From assembly GCA_951406725.2 (NCBI GenBank), contig OX597832.1:55738001-55802000 (forward strand): a stretch of DNA of 64,000 bases, in the 5' to 3' direction. The position numbers and the translations under genes are program-made. The notes beneath the pieces were generated by a model. The model ran no database searches. It saw nothing but the letters and a program-made list of their open reading frames with translations, and was not told the origin of the DNA. Of this stretch, positions 28,093 to 41,748 are shown in pieces (position 1 is the first letter of the stretch; every line of letters begins with the position of its first letter). Source of the stretch: Octopus vulgaris. Its lineage: Eukaryota.

Positions 28093-28454
28093 AGCGAACG
28101 GTCTTCGTCTCAGAGCTCGCAAGATGGGAGAAGTCCGAAACGTGGTCCTTTGCTATTCGTAAGACCCGCAGAAGAGAGAGCAGGTCAACCCCCCGACACC
28201 GAGAGCATTGACGGATGGATGAATGCGCATCCAGGCTCAGCGGTTGCGTAGGAAGTCGGGGACAAGAAACAGGGAGAAAGAGTGAGAGAAAGTTGGGGCG
28301 AATGAGTACACCAGGGGTCGCCACCCCACCCCCTACCGGAGCCTTTTAGGTGTTTTTGCTCAATAAACACACTCAACGCCCGGTCTGGGAATCGAAACCG
28401 CGATCCTCCGACCGCGAGTCCACTGCCCTAACCACTGGGCCATTGCGCCTTCAC
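28093..28454 (-). mobile_element. tRNA-derived SINE (family C-like head)
   Basis: Minus-strand head GAAGGCGCAATGGCCCAGTGGTTAGGG...GGTTTCGATTCCC and an (AAC)n tail. Confidence 0.75.
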
Positions 28455-28647
28455 TGCTGCTGCTCTTGTTGTTGCTGTTGTTGTTATTGTTGTTGTTGCT
28501 TAAACACACGTCACACCGACCATGTAAGTCTATGAGCAAAAGTATTCCATCCGTGACCATTCCGCATTTTTCCTAATTGATAATGTACAGCCAAGATCAC
28601 ATTATCCGATGTGTGTTTTCCTAACACGACACTGTGATATGAGGACG

Positions 28648-29730
28648 ATTTGACCTCTACATCCTGCAGAATCTAGTAATTTGACTGCTATTTCTAGCAG
28701 ATCGACGGATTTGACTTCTACTGCACGTAGATCAAGCAATTTAGTCAGCTGCTTCTAGCGATCTGGTGATTTGACAGCTACTTCTAGAAAATCCAGCGGT
28801 TTTGACGGCTACTTCTGGCAGTTTAAGTGATTTGGCTGCTACTTCTAGTAGATCTAGTGATTTTGACTGCAACTTTTAACAAGTCTTGTGATTTGACTGC
28901 CACTTCGAGAAGTCCTAGCGATCTTGACTGCTATTTCTAGCAGATCGATTAGCTACGTGAAGACAATACCATCGTCTCGTTAATCAGGAATCTATCTAAG
29001 ACTTTAGGTCTGCAGAATCTAGTAATTTGACTGCTATTTCTAGCAGATCGAGTAGCTATGTGAAGGCAATATCTATTTCTTTATTACCCACAAAGGGCTA
29101 AACACAGAGGGAACAAACAAGGACAGACATAGGTATTAAGTCGATTACATCGACCCCAGTTCGTAACTGGTACTTAATTTATCGACCCCGAAAGGATGAA
29201 AGGCAAAGTCGACCTCGGCGGAATTTGAACTCACAACGTAACGGCAGACGAAATACCGCTGAGCATTTCGCCCGGCGTGCTAACGATTCTGCCAGCTCTC
29301 GTTAACCAGGAATCGATCTAAGATTTTACGTCTGCAGAATCTAGTAATCTGACTGCTATTTCTAGCAGATCGAGTAGCTGCGTGCAGGCAATGCCGTCGT
29401 CTCGTTAACCAGGAATCGATCTAAGACTTTAGGTCTGCAGAATCTCGTAATTTGACTGCTATTTCTAGCAGATCGAGTAGCTACGTCTCGTTAACCAGGA
29501 ATCGATCTAAGACTTTAGGTTTGCAGAATCTAGTAATCTGACTGCTATTTCTAGCAGATCGAGTAGCTACGTGCAGGCAATGCCGTCGTCTCGTTAACCA
29601 GGAATCGATCTAAGACTTTCGGTTTGCAGAATCTAGTAATCTGACTGCTATTTCTAGCAGATCGAGTAGCTACGTGTTGGCAATGCCGTCGTCTCGTTAA
29701 CCAGGAATCGATCTAAGACTTTAGGTCTGC
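28648..29730. repeat. Minisatellite array: ~30-40-bp degenerate units grading into ~103-bp units, interrupted by SINE B (29072-29298)
   Basis: Core TGACTGCTATTTCTAGCAGATCGAG. CTGCAGAATCT recurs at about 29010, 29332 and 29435, with further units to about 29730. Confidence 0.85.
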
Positions 29731-30205
29731 TGATGCCACTGCAGTTAGCAGAGCACGAAAGTTTCCCAAAGTATACAAGTTGTACTAAAAACATCTCAAA
29801 GTATTCTTCTTATACACTGCAGAAATAAATCTTTAAATAACATTATGTTAGTCTCTGGAGACATGTATAATCCGAAGCCGAAGCACATCTGCAATCGTTG
29901 TACTGCTACGTGTTCAGTGATAGCCAAATAGATTTAGCTGGTAGCAAAATATCTCAGGTGTTTTTCTCTTTTCGTCTTTGTGTCTGTAGAGGTTTGGAGA
30001 GAATTGCAACAATTACAGACAAGCGAAAAAAAAAAAAAAAATTCGATAACACAGAGTAACACCAAAGTATAGTGTACGTATTTCCTGAAGTTAACGTTAA
30101 CATATTTAATGCAATGTGTATTAATACATTAACAGGAAATAAATATACGATGGTGTGTGTGTGTGGTGGTGGTGGTGGTGGGGGGAAGAAGTATTAGACA
30201 TTGAT

Positions 30206-31252
30206 TGATATTATTTTGATTATTTCTGTAAGTAAGGCGGGGGACAACTTTAGACATATTTCTACCTTCTTAGGGGATCATCAGCGAAGCTCAGATTTCG
30301 CCGTACTTGTCATGTACATGTAACTGAATCTACATTGGTTGTAGAAAACTAGAATAAATTCAATTATTATTTTGTCGTGTACTGTGGACCCTAGGCTTTA
30401 CTGATGAGGTTACTACGAGACCGAAACGTCCTGAGTTGTCTCCCCTACTCGCAGAAATAATTAACATAATATTAGTCGATGACTAATAGTCTATTTTTCT
30501 TATTCTCACCGCATAATTATTTGTTGTTCGCTTTAGCTTTTTAACGTTAGTTGCGTTAAATATGTTAGCAGCAACTTAACTATTAACTGTAGTCAATATT
30601 AGCCATGAATGGAATGAAGAAAGAAAGAAAGAAAGAATGAATGAATGAAAGAAAGAGGGAGAAGACTATAGAATGAATGAACAAAGTTACAAGAACTTTT
30701 CGAGACAACTCAATATGGCGGAGAATTATATTCTTGAAAAGACATCGTCAGTAATTCAATAAATTGATCAACAGACAGATCGATAGAGAGACCAACAGGG
30801 ACTAAACGGTAGATAATTAATCACCTGTGATTAATTACCTTTCTAAAAGGAATGGTCACGGCTGGGCTAGCATTCCACAAACGAGGGAGCCGCTTCGGAG
30901 TGAATCGATGTGCTAGAAATAACAACCAAATCTGCTTTATATCATGCCCTACAGTGCTAGGTGAAAAGAAGACACGTTGGATAACACTGAACTGACCGGA
31001 TCGTCGGTGATATTATTTTGATTATTTCTGTAAGTAAGGTGGGGGACAACTTTAGACATATTTCTACCTTCTTAGGGGCTCATCAGCAAAGCTCAGATTT
31101 CGCCGTACTTGCCATGTACATGTAACTGAATCTACATTGGTTGTAGAAAACTAGAATAAATTCATTATTATTTTGTCGTGTACTGTGGACCCTAGGCTTT
31201 ACTGATGAGGTTACTACGAGACCGAAACGACCTGAGTTGTCTCCCCTACTCG
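30206..31252. repeat. Pair of ~245-bp direct repeats (30206-30451, 31008-31252), each holding two divergent hammerheads
   Basis: The copies are near-identical. Minus-strand HHRs at 30247-30290 and 31049-31092; plus-strand HHRs at about 30394-30437 and 31195-31240. Confidence 0.85.
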
Positions 31253-31547
31253 TATCAGGGCCGACTTGGAGCTAAGCAGCAAAGACTATTGCAGGAAGCC
31301 AATGGGGAGGCCTCTGCGTGGTCACCTGATTCGGTGTATATAGGGTAGATGTTGCAAGATGTAAGTTAAACTCTTATGTCTTTATCACCATCATCAGATG
31401 AGGAGGAGGGAGCAGAGCAATCTTCAGCTGCACAAAGATATAGAATTTAATTAAATTAGAACAGATGGACACATTTGTATCTTGGAGATTTTTTGGTATA
31501 ATTATACTGTGTCCGTCGGTTCTAATTTAATTAAATTCTATGTCTTT

Positions 31548-31636
31548 GTGCAGCTTAAGATTGCTCTGCATTTTAAATTGATGTAATGATTGCATTGTTC
31601 AATTAAAAGAAGTTGCCTGAAACGATCGTACTGCAT
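31548..31636 (+). ncRNA. Type-I hammerhead in the fold-back 31412-31569
   Basis: tgcag-CTTAAGA...-GAAA-CGATCG-TA-ctgca. The inverted arm keeps the intact gtgcagCTGAAGA. Confidence 0.65.
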
Positions 31637-31749
31637 TACCTCTGGATATCCTTGTTGCTTATTTTGATTTTAATCACCTTACTTTCAAATTGTATGGATA
31701 ATACCGTACTAAATTCTGGTGCTTCAACAGAAGTACCATATTCATCTGA

Positions 31750-31846
<97 letters not shown>

Positions 31847-32103
31847 AATCCAAACAAGAACAAGCAAGAAAAAATAACAATGCGAGGACGTGGAGCAAGT
31901 ACTGTGTTATTGGACGCTCAGGAAAGGAAACAAAAGAAAGAGGATTTCACGTTTCGAGCAGAGCTCTTCATCAATAATATAGAAAAAAGTCCAAAGAAGG
32001 GAAGACGGAGAAAGAAAATCGCCAACGATACACACGCGGTCACATGTTGAAATGACCAGAAGGGAATGGGCGAAGAAAAAGTTCTAAGACAGGAGAGTGC
32101 AAG

Positions 32104-32993
32104 AGAAGGGATCAAAAGGTATCCAGACTGTTGCCATAGTAACGAAGCTAAAGCACGCAGAGTGCAGAATCTTTGCATAGATTGACCTTGACCTCTGCTG
32201 TGCATGCTCACAAAGATTTAACGCTCTAGCTCACTTCCGCTGTTTACAGCAGTGCTTGGAAGGAACGTGAATAGCGTGTGATCATCGCATTGACCATGAC
32301 AGAGTAAGTTGAGCAGAGAATCTCTACCAAACTTTGCCAAAAGCTTGGCGATGCCTTTCAGAGGCCTACGCGAAGCTTTCAAAAAGTTTTCACCGTTCTC
32401 GGCACAATCAAGGAAATCTTGTGCAACTGAAACCCGAGTGTCACTTTGGTCAACTGAAAGCAATTTTGGCACAAATTTGGCAGACACGCGTCTCATACCC
32501 AAATCTTCAGTGATTATGGACTGAACTGGACCGTAACTAATCTGCACATCCTCTGATAACTCACGGATGGTGATTCGACGATTTCCCCCACAGCTGCACG
32601 CATACCTGCGATGTTTTTCTCTGTTCTGCTGGCTGCAGGTCTCCCAGGACGTTTGTCACTATCGACATTTTCCCGGCCATCTTGGAAGCGTCTGAATCAC
32701 TCGCACACTTGTGTGCTACTCATGCACTCCTCTCCATACGCTTTCTGCAACTTAGTGTAGAACTCTGTGCCGGTATCCCATGACAACTATCTCTGTCATG
32801 GTCAATGCGACGATCACAAGCTACATACCTTCCTTCCAAGCACTGCTGTAACCAGCGGAAGTGAGCTAGAACGTTAAAACTTAGTGCGCACGCACAACAG
32901 CGTCCAAGGTCAATCTGTGCCTAGCAGCTTCACGCTGGGTGCTTCAGCGTCCTTACTATGGCAATAGTACGGATACTTATTGATCAGACTTCG
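32104..32993. mobile_element. Non-autonomous mariner fold-back with N-terminal transposase relic
   Basis: Inverted arms of about 190 bp. Minus-strand translation AYGEECMSSTQVCE*FRRFQDGRENVDSDKRPGR and SIITEDLGMRRVSAKFVPKLLS (WVP-type motif). The right end is TGATCAGACTTCG-TA. Confidence 0.85.
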
Positions 32994-33463
32994 TATACAC
33001 GTGTGTGTGTGTTTGCGCGTGTACATGTGTGTGTGTGCGCGTGTACGTACTTATAAAGCAATGTGGATGAACATATTGTATGGGCTAATTTAGAAATTGG
33101 TTTTGCGTTCAAATGAAACCTGAAACAGCTCTCACAATATTTTCTCTTAATATCCATTTATTCTCAGAAAATTATGGAAAATATTACAAAAATAAAAAAG
33201 TTCTTTTTTTCCAAACTTCTTTTTCCGTCAAAATTATTTCCTTGAAAGTGGCACTTATTTCCCTTCAATGGTCTCCGGTGTTGATTCTGGAGAAATTGTT
33301 GGAAACGTGTTTTATAGTTTTAGCGAGGGAGGAAAAATGTTATGTAGGATTAAGTAGGATTAAAGAAGATTAAAACGCCATCAGTGAGAAGGTAGAGAGC
33401 ATAATATTTGCATGTGTTTGTTTGAAAGTTGAATGTCTTTGCAAGTTTTTGGAATTATTACTG

Positions 33464-33504
<41 letters not shown>

Positions 33505-33700
33505 CATACGTACATAGATACATATATGTACATATATGTATCTATGTATATGTACATATATGTACATATATATAGATGCGTATAAATATTTACCTTCCTG
33601 CCTACTTACATATACATACATACATATATACACATATATACATACACATATATACATACACATATACATACATACATACATACATACATACATACATACA

Positions 33701-33736
<36 letters not shown>

Positions 33737-33914
33737 TATATATAGACATAAGCGTATGTGTGTATGTGTGTAGTGATGTGCGGGTATGCGTGTGTGGTTG
33801 TTAGCTTTTATTTCTTCGTGTATATTTTTGTGTGTGTATTTGTGTGTGCGTGTGTGTGTGAGAGAGAGAGGTAGAGATGGAGATAAGTTATTCGAAGAGG
33901 GTGTTAAAGAACGA

Positions 33915-34460
33915 AGGTGACGGGAACTGTGATCGTACAAGTGGGGGCAGCGGTTTGAAGAGAAAAATATCTAATAATACTTGTTCTCTTCAGATACAAA
34001 TGCTTTGTCAAACGATGCCAGACCGAAAACGAGAAGAAGCAGGGAGAGATGGTAAGGTCCACGGAGTAGAAATGGCATGAGATGGGCGAAATGTTGTTGA
34101 AAAAGATATTTTCGAGGCGTTCCATGATCGGTTGGTCAGAGTGTGACCTGACTGAAACCAGTTTGTCCCATATACAGAGATTTACACTCCAGGTAATGAT
34201 TCAGTGGCGTGAAAGGATTGGGGAGTGAGGAACGAACGGGTTTGGCAACAGGGTGGGTGCAGGGTGAGTCCGGTTGTAGTCGGGAGGAGGTGAGGAATTA
34301 CGAGCCATTATGAAACGGTTTGCAGGCTAGCTTATAGAAGAATATATAGTGGAATATGGAAGAGTTGGGAAGTAAAATGATGGGATTGGAGGGGTCAGAA
34401 GGCTTGAAGTAGGTTGGCTGGGCAAGATAGAGAAAAGTGGTGGCGATTGGGGGTGAGATA
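33915..34460 (-). mobile_element. Penelope-like element relic, GIY-YIG endonuclease region
   Basis: Minus-strand pieces YLECKSLYMGQTG, ERLENIFFNNISPISCHF and FSLQTAAP match the PLE C..C...YIGQT / P...HF / L.T..P.GLN pattern. The relic is frameshifted. Confidence 0.6.
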
Positions 34461-34561
34461 GATACGGCGTGGGAGATCAATTTCTCACTAATGAAAACAA
34501 CAGAAATACGAGAATAAAACATATAGCATCGATGGAGAATAGCGGAATGATTTACCCTTGA

Positions 34562-35000
34562 ACTGAACGTTTCAGAGTAAACGCTCATGGCCAAGAAACA
34601 AATAGGGCTGAATGGTGCGTCATAGAAGACTGGACTTAAACCCTTGTTTCAGGCATATCCTCAACAAAGCCAAATCATGTTTCAGTGGATCACAAAACTG
34701 TAGTCTATGTTTAGCTGAAAAGTTCTGGATATTGAAACAATCAGTAATATCATTTGACTGGAGACTCGAGAATTGAACGTTTCAGAGTAAACGCACATGG
34801 TCAAGAAACAAACAGGGCTGAATGGTGCGTCATAGAAGACTGGACTTAAACTCTTGTTTCAGGCATATCCTCAGCAAAGCCAAATCATGTTTCAGTGGAT
34901 CACAAAACTGTAGTCTGTGTTTAGCTGAAAAGTTCTGGATATTGAAACAATCAGTAATATCGTTTGACTGGAGACTCGAGATAATTTCTAGTCGTCGCTT
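34562..35000 (+). mobile_element. Second Penelope-like GIY-YIG C-terminus relic with a ~211-bp tandem duplication
   Basis: HILSKAKSCFSGSQNCSLCLAEKFWILK...RLEIISSRR resembles the PLE IL..A......C.LCL.EK..I....R.E..S.CRH pattern. Duplicated units at about 34565-34770 and 34775-34980. Confidence 0.65.
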
Positions 35001-35361
35001 TCAAAGCTTGGGTATCTACTGGCAACCTATTCAAGCTGCGGCTAGCAAATTCGATAAGTGTCTTGGGGTAGTATCTCGTTCGAAATGACAACAAGTCTTG
35101 TCAGGTTGATTCCCCTAACACCATATCAAGATTTTGAGATTATTCGAATATAAGATTCGCCAAGATGAATTGGAATCAGCCCTAATTGTTTCGTTACAGC
35201 TGCACAACATTCATTCTTCAAATATATCCTGATCAATGGAACGTGTGTTAACAGAAATCCTGAGGCAGCTGTATTCTAATAAATTCTACACTGTTGACTT
35301 TGCGCATTTTTGTTTCCTCTCGTAAATATAAGTACGTGTATGTATGTGCGTGTGCGTCTAA

Positions 35362-35394
<33 letters not shown>

Positions 35395-35905
35395 TGCACG
35401 CTCTATGTATGACATATTATGGTATATTCTCTGGATATTAGTGCGACGTATCCAACTGAAGTTATGTATCAATATTAGATGAAGATTGCTGGGAAATAGG
35501 CCAACTGAGAAAGGTACTATGCTACACATACACACACATAAACACACAAACACTCACTCACATACGTACACATGCACGCACACACACGCAATTAGGTCAA
35601 GTGAGAAAGATACGTATGCTACACAAACACATACACATACACACACAAACACACACACACACACCCACACACTCACTCACACACATGCACACACAGAGAC
35701 AGACACCCCCCCAAAAAACAACAAAAAAACAGACAGACACACACACACACACAAACACACGCACACACGCACGTGCACACACATACACAAACACACACAC
35801 AATTAGGCCAAGGGAGAAAGATACATATACTACACAAACGCATACACACACACGCACACACACACGCTCACACACTCACTCACACACATGCACACATACA
35901 CACGT

Positions 35906-35981
<76 letters not shown>

Positions 35982-36371
35982 GAAACATTCATGCTCGTGC
36001 GAATGCAATTGACACACAGAATCTAAACTAAAAGTAAATAGTACACATACATCTACACATGTACAAGCATGCATAGCCTCCATGCACACACACACACACA
36101 CACACACAAGGGCACATACACACATACACACACATACACACTTACCTGAATATATGTACAAGAGAGAGAAGAGAGACAAGGAGAAGGGGCGGGGGAGAAT
36201 GGCAAAGAAAGAAAAGGAAGTGGGAGAATGCGGAAACGGAACATAAATATAAACGGAAATACACACATATCTATATCCACACACGCAGTAAATACACTTG
36301 GGCATGGACCTACACACGCATACACAGATACATACATACATACATACATACATACCTACATGCCTACATTC

Positions 36372-36433
<62 letters not shown>

Positions 36434-36603
36434 GTATATATATATATGTATATATATAATTATATGTATAATGGTTTACAGATATGTACGTATATATATG
36501 TATATGTAGGGAAAGTGAGAGAGAGAGCGGATGACGACAAAATGGACATAAGTACATGCAGCATAGTGTTAAAACTTCTGACGTTAGCTAAATGGACAGC
36601 CGC

Positions 36604-36646
<43 letters not shown>

Positions 36647-36949
36647 TATACATATACATACATATATATACATGTATATGTGTGTGTATATATATGTATA
36701 TATATAATTATATACATACACATATACATATATATATATATGCACATATACATATATAAATATGCACACACATATATATAAATGTATACACACATATATA
36801 CATACATATATGTATGTATGTATGTATATATATATATGTGTGTATATATTATATACATACACATATACATATATATATATATGCACATATACATATATAA
36901 ATATGCACACACACACACATATATACATTATATATACATACATACATAC

Positions 36950-36999
<50 letters not shown>

Positions 37000-37019
37000 A
37001 CATCCATATACATACACAT

Positions 37020-37090
<71 letters not shown>

Positions 37091-37137
37091 TACTTTCGTA
37101 TAAACATGTCATATATATATATATATGTATGTATGTA

Positions 37138-37173
<36 letters not shown>

Positions 37174-37360
37174 TGTATGTATGTATGTATGTATGTATGT
37201 ATGTATGTATGTATGTATGTATGTATGTATGTATGTATGTATGTATGTATGTATGTATGTATGTATGTATGTATTCTATGTATGAATGTATATATTTATG
37301 AATGTATGTTTGTATGAATGTATGTACGCATGTATGTATGTATGTATGTATGTATGTATG

Positions 37361-37394
<34 letters not shown>

Positions 37395-37985
37395 TGTATG
37401 TATATTATTGTGGGTGTTTCTGAGTGAAGTTAATGACGTAGATGTTGCAATAATTGAATTTGCAACGGTAATTCCTTTTCTGGTTCCAATACCAAATTAA
37501 CGCCGCTTACGTCAGTGAGATTCTATTTAGTAATAAGCGTATAATCATTACTTTCTTCATGTCCATATACATACATACAAACATACATACATACATACTT
37601 TCATACGTACGTACATACATATATACATACATACATACATACATGTATACATACATACATACATACATACATACACACATACATACGTACGTACATACAT
37701 ACATACATACATACATACATACATACATACATACATACATACATACATACACACATACATACATACATACATACATACATACATACATACATACATACGT
37801 ACGTACATGCATACATACATACATACATACATACATACAAACATACATACATACATACATACATACATACATACACACATACATACGTACGTACATACAT
37901 ACATACATACACACACATACATACACACATACATACGTACGTACATACATATATACATACATACATACACACATACATACATACA

Positions 37986-38021
<36 letters not shown>

Positions 38022-38051
38022 TATATGCATTTGCACATACACTCACACACA

Positions 38052-38082
<31 letters not shown>

Positions 38083-38314
38083 GTACATATGCACATATAT
38101 TTACATACATTCGTGCGCGCACACACACACATATTTATATATATATATATATAAGCATACAACATATATATATATATGTATGTGTGTTGATTATATGTAT
38201 CTGAGTGTGTGTGTGTGGGTCTGTGTGTGAGTAGTATGTATGTGTATATATATATACATACTTACTGTCATTTTTCACCGATTCCTCTGGCATACCGCAC
38301 CGGCATCACCAATG

Positions 38315-38690
38315 CCACCACCACCACCACCACCACCACCACCACCACCACCACCACCACCACCACCACCACCACCACCACCAACAACAACAACAACGCC
38401 ACCACCACCACCACCACCACCACCACCACCACCACCACCACCACCACCACCACCACCACCACCACCACCACCACCACCACCACCACCACCACCACCACCA
38501 CCACCACCACCACCACAACCACCACCATTACCACCACTACTACCGCTATTATTATGACCAGCAGCTATCTACACCACAACTACCATTATGAAACGGCACC
38601 ACCATCAGTTACAGAAGTCCGAACTTCACCACCACTACTACTGCTACAAGTACCACCACCACCACCACCACCACCACCACTACCACCACA
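38315..38690. repeat. (ACC)n microsatellite
   Basis: Direct reading. Confidence 0.95.
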
Positions 38691-38838
38691 ACTTATTCTC
38701 CTTTTCTTCTTCTATCATCTTTTTCTCGTTGCTTTCAATCTATTTATCAGATTCCTTCTATTTATTATTCAGATCCCTTCTTTACGTTCATTCGTTTATT
38801 CTTTCCATTCTCTCCCTCTTTGTCTGTCTTTCTCTCTT

Positions 38839-38873
<35 letters not shown>

Positions 38874-38941
38874 CTCATCCTTCATCTCTCTCTCTCTTCC
38901 TAAATATCTTAATGTATCACCCAAACTCAATGCACAATATT

Positions 38942-38988
<47 letters not shown>

Positions 38989-39275
38989 AGACACACAGAC
39001 ACAGACACACACACACACACACACACGTACTTTCCCCATTTCTATAACTAAAGCCGCCATTTTTCCTTCCCTTTCTTCCCCTTTAATTCGCTTTCAATAA
39101 TTTTCGCTATGCATAAATAAATACCTACATATATACATACACACACACATACACACATACACATACACACACTCACACATATATATATGTATATTTGTAT
39201 ATATGTCTAAGTGTGTATATATATATATATACGCATATATACATATATATATACATACATACATGCATGCATACA

Positions 39276-39388
<113 letters not shown>

Positions 39389-39469
39389 ATATATAATCTA
39401 CACTTAGTCTTATTCGCTCAGCGCAATCCCCTTCGGACTCTTACTCTCTTCTAAACAGACGGATATATG

Positions 39470-39527
<58 letters not shown>

Positions 39528-40036
39528 CACATATATATACACACACGCACGTATGTATACATTCGTGTATGTTTTATGTGTACGTCTTTATTGTGTATTT
39601 CTCCTTGTCTTCACAATTGCATACACCGACTTTCGATTATAGAAATAACCACTCCCTCCCCACGCATACACACACACACACACATACGCACACACACACA
39701 TGTCTCACAACTAATGCCTTAGTTAATATATTACGACGTATATTTTCTTCGGAAATGACAAGAAATAAGAAATCGGCTCGAATTATCGCAGCACTAATTT
39801 TACGACTATATTAAATTTACTTGGAATGTGTCTTAAATTATCTGAAGACGTCTACACTTCCCTTTAGAATCTGTTGGATTCCTGGAAATTACCATTTACT
39901 CTTATTACGGGTTGTTCTACAAACATCTGTCTTCTACTATGGCCCCGAATTGACCAGAGCCTCGAGAATGGATTTGGTGGAAAGAATTTAGAAGACGCCT
40001 GTCATATTACACACACACACAAACACATACACACAA

Positions 40037-40072
<36 letters not shown>

Positions 40073-40092
40073 ATATATACATGTATGATTAC

Positions 40093-40183
40093 ACAAGAAT
40101 GTTGTTAACTGTGACTAAAATTTCGGCCAGCTAAGGCCATTGTCGGACTGCCGAAACTTCGAGGTCACAGTCAACATTCTTGT
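40093..40183. repeat. Imperfect fold-back carrying the 3' half of a hammerhead
   Basis: ACAAGAATGTTG..ACTGTGAC pairs with GTCACAGTCAACATTCTTGT. The right arm has gcc-GAAA-CTTCGAGG-TC-acagt. Confidence 0.6.
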
Positions 40184-40377
40184 TTAAGAATAATATATTA
40201 GTACTATACAAAATTATAGGGAGACCTATCATATTAATGTGAATTTGTTTTCATTATAACCGAAAATTAAAAAAAAAACATTTACATTTATGTGTGTATT
40301 TGTGTGTATGTATGTATGTATGTATGTATGTATGTATGTATGTATGTATGTATGTATGTATGCATGTGTGTGTCTAT

Positions 40378-41748
40378 GTCACTTCTGTTTTTTTAATTAT
40401 TATCAATCTTCCACCGAGGAGAGAGTGTAGAGGTACATGGCCTCGTGGTTAGAGCAGCAGACTCGCGGTCGAGGGATCGCTGGTTCGAATCTCAGACCAG
40501 ACGATGTGTGTTTATGAGCGAAATACCTAAGCTCCACGCGGCTCTGGCAGAAGGTAATGGCGAAACTTCTGCTGACTCTTTCGCCACAACTTTCTATCAT
40601 TCTTTCCTCTTGCAGTTCACCTGCGATGGACCGGCGTCCCGTCCAGGTGGGGAACTTATACGCCAAGAAACCGGGAAACTGGCCCTTATGAGCCAGGCAT
40701 GGCTCGAGAAGGAACAAACAAAACAACAACAACACTGAGGAGATAGCTGGTTTCCAACAAAGATACAAAGCTCCATCTTTGGGAGGTAGTTAACACAGAC
40801 AAATTCACATTTGGAACTTGAGAAAATTCTTGCATATTTTTACTGTTCCACTTAGATATTGCACTTGTAATGTTTGAATCATCCGGTCGATTTCTCTTTC
40901 TGAAAATCCCAGTTTATCCAGATTCTCCTTTAAGCATTTACTAACAAAACCTAGTGCCCAAATCATTATTGGTATGAATATGAATTCATAGTCTGGACAT
41001 AGAAGCTGGAGGTTTCGAAGCAGTTGTCCATAGATGTCCTCTTTTTCTTTGATTTTTCAAAGAGATATTTATATATGTAGGGCAGTTGACCTCTATGGTG
41101 GTACATACTTTTGCCCCTCTGTCCCAAACAACAATATCCGGTCTGTTATGTCTACATTTGACAGAAGTTTTGTTTTGATGGGAAGATTCCAGCAGTATTC
41201 TTTGAGTTGGTGTTTGTTTGGATTCATGCGTATGTATGTTGATGGGCTTTTTGCATATGAATAGGATTGCATGTATGTGTTTGTGTATGTATGTGAGTTT
41301 GCATGTATTTATGTGTTTGTGTATGTATGTCACTTCTATTTTTTAATTATTATAAATCTTCCAATGAGGAGGGAGTCGGTTTCCAACAAAGGTATTAGGG
41401 GATTTAGTTAACACAGACAAATTCACATTTGGAATTTGTGAAAAGTCTAGCATACATTTACTGTTCTACTTACAGATTGCACTTGTAATGTACGAATCAG
41501 CCGGTCAATTTCTCTTTCTAAAAATCCTAGTTTATCCTGTATGATGTATGTATGTATGTATGTATGTATGTATGTATGTATGTATGTATGTATGTATGTA
41601 TGTATGTATGTATGTATGTCACTTCTATTTTTTTAATTATTATAAATCTTCCACTGAGGAGGGAGTCGGTTTCCAACAAAGATACAAGGCTCCATCTTTG
41701 GGACGTATTTAACACAGACAAATTCACATTTGGAACTTGAGAAAAGTC
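40378..41748 (-). mobile_element. Three stacked 5'-truncated copies of an R4/Dong-like retrotransposon, each ending in (CATA)n
   Basis: Minus-strand RHNRPDIVVWDRGAKVCTTIEVNCP (PD-D/E nuclease motif). The same 3' end reading GTCACTTCT(A/G)TTTTTTTAATTATT on the plus strand starts at about 40378, 41329 and 41618. Confidence 0.85.
40426..40732 (+). mobile_element. tRNA-derived SINE inserted in the retrotransposon 3' end
   Basis: TGGCCTCGTGGTTAGAGC...GGTTCGAATC head, (AAC)n tail, and an imperfect 14-bp TSD (CACCGAGGAGAGAG 40412-40425, CACTGAGGAGATAG 40733-40746). Confidence 0.85.

Noticed and set aside
40430-40500. tRNA-like sequences (also 23475, 28380-28454, 57860-57930, 63080)
   Set aside because: They have A/B boxes but no complete cloverleaf and run into SINE bodies, so they are SINE heads, not tRNA genes.
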